DNA from: Epiperipatus broadwayi
Lineage: Eukaryota; Animalia; Onychophora
Reading direction: 5' to 3'
Assembly (NCBI GenBank): GCA_028023455.1
Contig: JAQFVV010000009.1
Span: 11,594,001-11,658,000, forward strand
DNA: 64,000 bases
The notes under the pieces are model-generated. The model was not told the origin of the DNA. It ran no database searches and saw only the letters and a list, made by a program, of their open reading frames with translations. The position numbers were made by a program, and so were the translations under genes. Positions 53,501 to 64,000 of this stretch are shown here, in pieces; position 1 is the first letter of the stretch; each line of letters begins with the position of its first letter.

Positions 53501-54690
53501 AATAATTATAAAAAGATCATACATGATTTAACTGGCCACAAAATTTAAAAATTGTTATGTTTAATTTCATAACACTACTCTGTATAACAATTCTTATTAA
53601 TTCTAGGATGATAAAATTCCTTTAAAGATGTTAGCAAACATTTGAGATCAAATTGTATTAGGGGTATGAATTATCTTTTAACAAACAACAGGATTTGTAT
53701 TTTGCAGAGTTAGAATAGAACTTGTGATCATTGAGAATTAAAGTGTACAACTAATTCAGATAATAGTAACAGGTTAGTTCTTAGTATTCATCTTTAGATA
53801 ATAGTAGTCATATAAAGAGATATTTACTAGAACTCATCTCAATAGAATGATAAAAAAGTGAATATCTTTGGAGATTGAACGTAGAGCAAAACTCTCCATC
53901 CAGTAGACACTACTGTATGGAAAGTTTTGCTTCTTTGTTAACAGCTTGCATAAGCATAAAGAAGGGTGAACATAAATGAATGCCTTTGATTAATACAAAT
54001 TGAGATATATAAAGATTTTTATGCTTTAGAAAGTTATCATAGATGGTTGGAGCAGTATGTGGTAGAGACAGTATGGCCATTAATATTTGCATTTTTGACA
54101 TTTTTGGAAATGGTTTGCTTATAGTCTTAAAGATGTACTTAAACTTTTTAAAGTAGTTTTTAAATAATGAAAATATAATGATAGAAGTATAATTCTTGAA
54201 AAAAAAATGGAGAAACCTAGACATTATCATTGCTAATTTGATCAGGTCTTGTCAGTATAGAAAAATTGTCTGTGCAGTGAATTTTTTTTTCATGGCTATA
54301 TTTTTATGTTTGTTTTTGAGATAGTAGGGCATTATTGAAAATTTTTGTAAGATAAAGTGTTAATATTACTGAATTTTTTTAATTTATAAAACCACTACTA
54401 ACAGAAATGTTAACTTTGGTTAAAGTCAATATGAAAACATTACAATACTCATACCCAATATTATTAATACCAAATTATATTGTAAATTTAGAGCTATAAA
54501 AATTATTTTATTAAAAAAATTTAAAACTGGTATTTAAATAATTTGAGTTAAAAGGCCAGCGAAACAGTGTTAATATATTACTAAAATTTATTACTTTATA
54601 AGAGGGAGCCTGGTTTATATGAATTCACCTATTTGAATATATTAAACTGATTTTAGATTTGTAAAAATGACTGCAATACAAATATGTTTT

Positions 54691-54916
54691 TAATTTACTA
54701 AATATCAGCCTTTTACAGCTCTATTCTTTCTTAAATGCTATATCTTGTATGGGCACTGAAAAGTATTCATTTATTATTTAACACTCATTAAAGCGCATGA
54801 AAGATTCTTTCTTAAATGCTATATCTTGTATGGGCACTGAAAAGTATTCATTTATTATTAAACACTCATTAAAGCGCATGTACAGTAGCTGTAAAAGGCT
54901 GATATTTAGTGAATTA
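54691..54916. mobile_element. MITE with 30-bp TIRs and an internal 80-bp tandem duplication
   Basis: taatttactaaatatcagccttttacagct / agctgtaaaaggctgatatttagtgaatta; duplicated block ends at 54800 and 54880. Confidence 0.82.
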
Positions 54917-55165
54917 CAATTATAAACATCGCGCTATAAAAATAGATGCTTGTTTAAATATGTTTTTAGTAAAGTAGATTAGTTTTTGTAAAGTGTTAAT
55001 CGGGGAGTATATGGTATGTAATATAGATTAGTTTTTGTGATGAATTTTATTAAATTTTCAAATTTTTTTAACTGTGATAAGAAAATTATTTGTAATTATA
55101 TTTTTATATTGAATTTTATTTGTCAATTTCAAACATGCCATAAATTCCATCTTTTTATTTAACAG

Positions 55166-55268
55166 AGATTAGTGTCGATGAATATGCCCCTGAATAGTGA
55201 TGGAACTGTTATGTTTAACGCTACCCTGTTTGCCTTGGTGAGGACATCGTTAAGGATAAAAACTGACG
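55166..55268 (+). CDS. Ca-alpha1D: Cav1 exon: pre-IQ region ([35 protein letters not shown])
   Basis: aacag acceptor, gtaagt donor, 103 nt ending in phase 1. The next exon was not found before the window end. Confidence 0.97.
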
Positions 55269-55834
55269 GTAAGTTGAACAACGATTTTTTTCATTGCTTT
55301 TTTTTTTTTGATTAAATTTGTTTTATTTTTTAATGATTTTTTTTATATGTATTTATAGAATCTTTATAAATACAATTTTATTTTTTCCAACAGAGATATT
55401 TGAATTCAGTAGAAATATTTATATTAGTTTTGAAATAATGCCCTCTAGTATTTAAAGTTCAAATTTAAAATTTCGTTATTTTTTAGTCATGTTCGCAAGA
55501 TGGTTGATATTGTCAGGCAATAAATGATATTCAAAACTAATTTAAAAAAAAAAAACGAATATAATTTTACAATCTAACATGAAATAAAATATTATATATA
55601 GTTAAATGATTATGAATTTGCAATAAAGTTGAACATTTCAAACTATGGTAGTTTGTTAATAATCAAACTATTACAATATTTTCTAATTTTTCTGGTAAAA
55701 TTCCTAAGTAGATTCAAAAAAAAGATAGTAAATAAATACCTTTTACATTTTTAATTACAACTAAATAACACAATGCAGCCAATACCTTTAGTCTTTCTAC
55801 ATTGAGATTAAAATTAGTTTTAATAAAAATAAAA

Positions 55835-56628
55835 GCCTGTAGATGTAGATAATCTCTTTGTCCTACCAGTGCTTTCTTCTTGAATGAAATTCAAATAGCC
55901 ACAGTCATGCTAGAAAAAAAACGTCAGGCTTTATGGTTTTGTGGTAATAAGTAATTAATAGATACATATTTAAACTTTTACTTTGACTCAGCCTTAGCAC
56001 AACCACCCTCAGCCCAGAAATCAGACCATCTATCACTATGAATGCATTTTGAAATATCTACTTAGCTTTTTCAAGCTAGCAAAACATGCATAACACACGT
56101 TAGAATTTAATTTCCAATTCACATTTTTTAAACATATATTTAAATTAACTTTATGTATATATTTTTAGATATATTTCAAACTTCTATTCCATCACACATT
56201 CATGAAATATATGTGCAAAAGCATGTGAAAAAAGATAATTGATTTCCAAGGTGCACATTTCATGCTGAATCAGCCCTCATTAGTTAGCTCAGATCAAAAT
56301 TTTTTAAACATATTGCATCGTCTGTTTAGTATTATATAGTTAGCAAATTATTGTAGTTTGATTACAAGCATCAAACGTTTTTCAATCACAACTTTGACAC
56401 AAGCCACTTTACATAAATATATTAATGATTACTATTAACCATTTATTAAACTAAAGATTATCTCTTGGTTAAATATATATTTTAAATTCCATTTAATGAA
56501 TAGTATATCTGTAGAGTTATAGAAGTATCTTATTTGAGGTTCAGTGCTTTCTTTAATGAAATTCAAATAATCATGATTGGTCCAGAGAAAGCCTACAGGC
56601 TTTTTGGTTTTGTGGTAATAAGTAGTGA
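55835..56628 (+). repeat. Two diverged direct copies of a ~120-bp sequence (~55835-55955 and ~56505-56628)
   Basis: Shared gtgctttct...aatgaaattcaaata...caggcttt(a/t)tggttttgtggtaataagta. Confidence 0.7.
56205..56295 (-). ncRNA. Isolated partial copy of the 470-bp family containing a degenerate hammerhead (G5 mutated)
   Basis: Reverse complement: GATCTGAGCTAA-CTAATGA-GGGCTG-ATT-CAGCAT-GAAA-TGTGCACC-TTGGAAATCA. Confidence 0.65.
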
Positions 56629-57390
56629 GTACATGTATGTATATATGAAAATAATTCCAGTGCTTAATGCTATACTGAAATAAATATCCAAATATTAAAT
56701 TATCTTTCACAGGACTCTAATATATTTGTATATTTATTTCATAAAGGGCGGTGCAGAATTTCATAACCATGTGGGTAATTTAATATTTATATATTGTAAT
56801 GGATAACTTTACTAGAAGGTTCCACTAGATAATAATATAGACTTCTTCCTATAACAAATTGTAATTTAATATTGTCATTTAATACAAAAAAATACAAATA
56901 AAGAAGTATTTATTAGTAAAGTCACAATTACAAACAAATATTGGGAAGTTATGAATTACAAAATGAAATTAATCAAACTAATAATAAACCTTAAAATAAA
57001 AGACAAGTTCACCCATCATGAGTTATATTTGGACATCTATTAATTTGGCATATTAATATTTTGTATTTTATAATTCAAGTAATAGTCAATAATAAAAGAA
57101 ACAAAATAATTTATTTAGAAAATAAAATAACAATAATGCCATTGTAATAGTTACCACCATCTAAATTAATACATCAAAATCAACAAAGTCATATATGATT
57201 GACAATCTGAGACATTGCCAAAACAAACCAAACTATCCTTATCTCAATACCTAATGTCACAGTAACATATGTACTGAGGGTTATGAAACTAAGCAATGAG
57301 TGAAATGTCTGCTAGATATAAGCTTAACTCTGTACTATAATATTCTAGGTATTGGCATAGAAACAACAACTACTCTTAAACTTTATAATT

Positions 57391-58821
57391 TTCTATTCTA
57401 TTGTGTCAGCTGCTTGATGGCATTGATGCTAAGCAAAAACACATACATATAACATTACCAGGCCCACCCTGTTCTTTGTGAAAGAATATAGAAATCGTAC
57501 AGGTTAATATAATTCATTAATTTCCTTAATAACATTTACTGGAACAATTTTACGTAAACATACATTATTGCAAATATTCTATTCTAGTAGAATTTTCCAT
57601 GTGGCAAAACCTTCCTCCCTCCCCCTCCCTGCAAACTTTACAACTACATTGTTGTGGTCAAAAAATGATGCTGATAATGTTTTAATTACTGAACTGTCTT
57701 TTATTTTTTCGAGTCATTCTTGAAAAAGGTTAAAAAAAATATTTATTGATTTTATTTATTGATTGACTTCTTACAATAGCTATCTATCTTTGAAAGATAA
57801 TATGTGTATGGATCTTAATGGCACACCTATTAAGAACAATTAATAATTTCCAACCTGATCGGCTTTTTTTAAATTTTTTTATTATGTCTTTTTGGTTGAG
57901 TATTTTAAGATTAATTAATCAATAGATTCGGTATTTGGGCAATTACTTTTGGTTTCTCTGGATAGAACTATGAGAATGTTGACATTCATACATTCTTCTT
58001 TTTTGTTGTTGTTCTCCGAAGGCTTAACATAGTTCATTCTGATTTCCTTCATCAATTTCTGTAATTTAGTCAAGAACAATTTGACACTACCAATAAATTT
58101 CAAAAGCCGCTTGAACTCCAAGTTGCCCTGAAAAGTCAAATGTTAGTCCTGCAACATAGTCCAGAGGGCTATTCCTTTTTCACATCCGCAAGAATTAAAA
58201 CTTTATCAACTGACCTACTTTATTCAAAGATTCTATTCCAATAGAATTATTAAATTCCCCATGCAGGCCAGCTTCTATGGATGGCAGTTGGCCTGATTTC
58301 ACCCTGTAAACTATTTTATTTGTTGCAGACGTGTTCCTGCATGCTCTTCGTGTGAACTTGTCGAAATCTTGCTTGGACCTACCCTTTCTGAATTTATTTG
58401 AAGGTTCCACATTGAGTAGGGAAGTATGGTGACAGGTGGACAAGTGTTAGGAGTTAATAGTATGTCAAATGACTTGTAAGCTAATTCATTTGACATCCAT
58501 ATTTGAAGAGTTGTGGAAGGCTGAAGTCCAGACATCCTCACACAATACTGAAGTGAACATTGAACTGTGAGCATTGGGATAAAGTGTGCAACACTAAAAC
58601 AGGCTGACCACCACTAAACAGCATCTTTTCTGTGCTTTATAGCATAGAAATGAATGCCATTATCTGTGGCTGCTGGCTGCCGCATATTAAAGTGCTTCTT
58701 TCTGTGGTTTTTGGTATAGATAGATAGGCCTAGAAGATGGTGGCTGCATAAATGGCATATTTATGTGATTTTGCATATAAATAGTACCATCAAGTGGCTG
58801 ACATGATAGAATAGAATAGAA
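57391..58821. mobile_element. ~1.4-kb decayed DNA transposon with ~30-bp TIRs, family unassigned
   Basis: Left ttctattctattgtgtcagctgcttgatgg; right ccatcaagtggctgacatgatagaatagaatagaa. No clear TSD; interior has only short minus-strand ORFs. Confidence 0.65.
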
Positions 58822-61800
58822 ATATTTAAATATTAATACATCATTATAGCCATATTATTTATAAAGTTATAAACATTACCCATGCTTAAGAAAATATTCA
58901 CAACAAAACAAAATCATTATAAAATGAAGCCATAGGAAATTTATGACTGGAACTAACCAACAAATATCAAGCTATACATATCAATAACATCTCATTTGCC
59001 AATACTTATAGTATTAGTAAAATCTCACATGTATAAAATAAATATTTATCACCATTTAAACAATCATTATTTAAAATTATAAATATCATTAAAAACACAG
59101 ATTATATATTTCATAATCTGTATTAAAATGTGATATCTATAAAATAAAAATAAGCTATCATTTATTACATCTGTATTATTTTTTAACATTATATATAAAA
59201 TGTTTTGAAAACATTACTTGCATATAGCTTTAATAATTACCCAGTAATTGATACAATATTTTAGAATTGATTAATTATAAATAATTAATATTGGCATAAA
59301 ATTATTTATATATATAAAAAAAATAATTTATTATAAATTAAACAAAATATTGAATAAAAATTTATGAACTGTTTTATTACTTTAACTCATTTACCAGTAA
59401 ATAAAATTAAATATCTTTCTGCAAATTTATAAATATAGCAGACGATCTCTTCATTATGGGTTTTTCATTTGAAATATAGAAGATAGGCCAAAATAAATTG
59501 TAAAAAAATCATAATTTTGTAGCAATTGATGATTATGAAGTAATCCTATTTATGATATATAAAAATGTGAAGAAGTAGATGATTCATTTGAGTCCTGATT
59601 TCAAATTCTTGGGATAAAAACTGCTTATTTAAAAGTTCATTTTGAGAGTTTAAAATCCAATGTTTTCCTTTTTAAATTTAGCAGCCAATGATTCTGTTCA
59701 CTTGATTTAAACAATTTTCTTGATAAGAAATCATTCATGGCTATTTGCCAATAGAACAATAAATAATGCTTCAGTCTATTTAAAAATACATTTAAAATAA
59801 ATAATTATCAATTCTTTAAAATTAAAATTTTTAAAGTAAACAATTAATTTTTTTTTAAAATTATCATTGGATCATTTAACAAAATCAATTTTTATTTATT
59901 AAAAGATTATATGTTTTTCAAATAATAATAATAACAATTCTGTATTTTAAAATATTAATGACATCATACTTCTAAATTAATAAAATCTCTTTCTATATAT
60001 TTTCTTAATTTATACAATAATGAAATATATTCCAAAGGAATATACTATTTGAATATATATCTATAAGTTAATAAAATGTCTGAAATAAAGAATTACAATA
60101 CATTTTATAGCATTTATTTATTCTATTATAATTTTATTAATCTGTCTACTAAAATATCTATCTCCATTATCTAGACAAAATGTTCTTTAACTTTTCACAA
60201 CCAACAGATTCTATTATTATAGCATTAGTTAGAATTTATTTACCACTTTTTATTTAGTCTTTAATATATCCATCTTAAAAAAAACTAATTAATTCAGTTC
60301 AGTAAATAAATTAATGTAAAAAAAGAAAAAATACTGTTTAGTAAATTTTTATAAATTATGAAGCCTAATCTGGATTATTCATCTTGTTTCAATATTTTTT
60401 TATTCAGCATTTATCAAACCAAATTATGTCCTACATTTGAATAACTACATAATTCATGACATGGATAGGCATAAATCATTTTGTTTGGGTTTTGCTATGG
60501 GAGTAATGTTTAGAAGCTATGGTTTTGTTTTATTGTTCAACATTGTTTTATAATACAGTACTCTTAGTAATAATAACAATTCTTGAATTTATACATTAAT
60601 GTTAAAATTAATTAAATAAAAAGTAATTCTAACAGTATAATTTAAAATCCCATCAATAATTTTATATATTAAAAAAGTTTTTTTCTAATCATTAAAAAAA
60701 CAATTCTTTTTTTGGTTTTGGAAAAACAAAACTTTTAAATATATTTTATTATTGCATTGTTGTTTGAAAAATAAAATGCAAAACCATTTCTTTCTTTTTA
60801 TTTACTGAATGCAGATAAAACAACATACTAAATTATTGTAAACGTTTATCTTCTGTAAGCATTTTATTTTAATCAGGGCTTATTAAAGTTTATAATATAG
60901 TTGTAAAATTGAGATGCTAGAATTAATTGTACTAAGATGATAAGTAATATCCAACTATCATGAATAATAATCAAGTCCTTTTGCTCCGTCATACTACCTA
61001 TTGCTAAACAATAGAGAAATTATACTATATATGTTGTATTGTAAATATATCTGCATTTTATATCTTCAAAAATACAGAAGAAAAATATAGATATATATTA
61101 TGTCTAGTATATAAAAATAGATCTATAATGAAGAAGTAAGATATATATTATGGCTACATGTTCATTTTATTTGGAAATGCTAGAGAACCAAATATTCCAT
61201 TGCATTGTTTAAATATAATCCAAAGCCTCTAATATTAAGTTTTAGCTATTAAACAAAAAATATTTGAAAAAAATCTTCAATTTATATTTCTCAAGCAAAT
61301 CAGTAATTTTGCTTCTGCACTTTGAATAAAACTTGAATATTATTTTTGCTACAAACAGATGACAAGTTATAATAGCATTAACTTCATAGTTGATTATTTT
61401 TTAGATGTTAAACTGCTATAATAAATAAATAATCGTAACTTCCAAATATCGGCAATTGCAAAGTGGAAGTATCTACTTCTGTTTGAAATTATAGATATTA
61501 AATGATAGAAATAAAGATATAGAGAAATTATTTTTATTTTATCTATATTTAAAATTAATTATTATCATTATCATAAATTACCTACTAAAGAAAGTGTCTC
61601 ATATATTATTTCAACATATTCTTCTAAAGCTCATAACTGTTTTCTTTTTTAGAATCATCTATCAACTTCGTTCTTCTATAATCTTTTTTTTTTTTTTTTA
61701 CAATGTATCCAGTTCGGTTTTACTTTCTTTTCTTAATGTTTCAGCAAATAATTCTTTTTCAATAATTGTTTTCAACATTTCTAATATTGTTTCAACTTAT

Positions 61801-64000
61801 TTCCAAATCCACAACTTCGTTCTTTTGCTTCACTTTGTCTAAGTATCTATTTTACTCTATATACGGTTATATCTCAAACAAAGCAAAAAACCTTTTTTAA
61901 AATTCTGACTTTAAAGAGCTATAGAATAATCTTTTAATTCTATGGAAAACATGCCCAGCTTTTAATTTTTTAATTTAATATTTATTATTATTGCCAAATC
62001 ATTTGACCAACTTTCTAACTTGCTTTACAACTTTTGCCAAGAAATATTTTTAATTTTTTTTTTACATTGTTATTAGAACAATTTACTATACATATTTTGT
62101 AATAAATATGGTTTTAATTTCTCCTTATATGTAAAAACAAAAAATACTTAATTGTAATTATTAATTAGACATATTTTGAAAATATTAAAAAAAATTGGAA
62201 ATTTTTGATTAATTCATTATTTGCCACAGTTAACTTTAATTTCATAAATTAGTATTTTGTTCTCATTCAAAGAGTTTGAAATAACTACATGATTTCATTT
62301 CACTTACAATATATTGTCATATATTATTTATATATACTTTATTATTTATTTGACATAATTTGTACTATTTTAATTGTTAGGCAGTATTATAAATAAAGCA
62401 TTTCTTTTAAACAAAAAAAAAAGATTAATTTGTAATGCATTAATAATTTTTTTTATTCATGTGTCATAGCATCGGCTGGGAAGTGAACCCGCTTATCCAG
62501 GACAACTTCTTGTAAGGCTGATGTGCTGAGAATGCAAAATTTGACCAATTTTTTATTTAGAAATATTTAAAAGTTTATTAGCTGACTTTTTAAGTCAGCC
62601 AATATGTAATACTGACCAATTTTATGACTGAATTTGTAAATAGAAATATATATATAATATTAGAAGAAGAATGGTTTTATTAATTAATACATATGTTTGC
62701 CCACACATTGATAGATCAAATGTAATAAGATAATGTGATGAGAAGTAAAAACAATGAGATAAATTACAACAAATCAAATTGATTAATTGGATATTGATAT
62801 GCTCATCATTTTAAACTATTATATAATCATAAAAATATTGATAATGAAGAACAGACAAATACCATTTTATATATGGTAATGATTGCATTTCTAAATTCAT
62901 TGTAGTTAAAGGGATATTTAATATGTCAGCTGCCTTTGTACATAAATAGAATAAAATCTGTTCACTATGGATGTCTCTTACTAGATAGAAAGATTTATTC
63001 TTACAGAATTATGTTTAAAGTCTGTTATTGCATGCAATTGCAATCTCATTTGTAGAGCATTTATAATAATGATTGCATTATTACACTTATTATTTAAGTA
63101 ATATTTTGGGTGCAATTTGAAAATTATAATTGCAATTTATAATGTTATAATTAACTATTTATTAGTCTGCATTTAGAACAAGTTATATTTATCTGTTTAA
63201 GGAGGATTATTTAAACTTCTTTGTATCAATAATTTGAATCTCTATAGTCAAGTTACAATCTTTAGTGTCTATATAAATATATGGGACCATAAATAATGGT
63301 GGGATTCCATCTTTATTGTTAAAAGGATGTTGCCTTGACAATAGTTTGAAATTATTGATTGTTATCTCCATTGGGATTGTCTAAGTGTTGACTGGTTTCT
63401 AATGGTTAATTAATTAAGTATATAAAATGCATATATTTATATAAACAATGAAAAAAAAGAAAATAGACCTTTTTTCTTATTAACAATAACAAATTTATTT
63501 TAATAAATTAATATTCATAATACTATGTCATGGATATAAATGCATACAGTAATTTAAAAAAACAATGTTTAAATAGGTACATTCAGGAAAGATATTCATT
63601 CTTCTTATTTAAAAAAAAAAAAGACTGAATTTAAATATATTATGGAATATTCATAATTTATTGTAAATCATGTAATTTATTCTGAGGGTGTTTCCACGAA
63701 TGTGTTCTATTCCCTACTCAATACTTATTCAGTATAGTTAAACATTAAGAATAATGTATTAATTTGTGGAATAAAACCAGAAGAAAAAGATTAAAATATT
63801 TTTATAGTTTAGCAATATAATTCTAGTTATTTATAAATTTAAATCTTTTTGAAATGGAATAAAGGATAAATTATTATCTTGGATAGTAAGATTGTTACTT
63901 CATGAATCTATTATGATATTCTCAATTTACAGACAACAGGCTATCATTTTAGAGTTTAATTTTATAGAATTTTTCCAAAAAGTTTTTTCTTCTCTGATAA

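Overview
Very AT-rich eukaryotic (invertebrate, probably arthropod) genomic DNA. The window lies inside a + strand L-type voltage-gated calcium channel alpha-1 gene (Cav1 / Ca-alpha1D-like). Five coding exons (92, 157, 128, 97, 103 nt) splice in frame and encode the domain IV pore loop, IVS6 and the proximal C-terminal EF-hand region; both gene ends lie outside the window. The introns (about 8, 5.8, 29.8, 4.6 and >8.7 kb) are filled with mostly decayed mobile DNA: back-to-back RTE LINE copies, a Mag-like Ty3/gypsy remnant, a 13.9-kb Osvaldo/Ulysses-like Ty3/gypsy element with ~2.8-kb LTRs inserted in an (AT)n tract, two Merlin (IS1595-related) DNA transposons, several MITEs and a TIR element of unclear family. 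The most notable observation is two repeat families carrying type I hammerhead-ribozyme motifs. One is a ~470-bp tandem, retrozyme-like unit (5.1-6.4 kb, 10.3-10.5 kb, 56.2 kb) whose reconstructed consensus gives a complete hammerhead with a palindromic, dimer-type stem III. The other is a tRNA-headed SINE-like palindrome (31.4-32.1 kb) with a second hammerhead-like motif and a 15-bp target-site duplication. All local copies carry substitutions, many of them CpG transitions, so the local copies of the 470-bp family are probably inactive. All alignments were done by eye; no database search was run.
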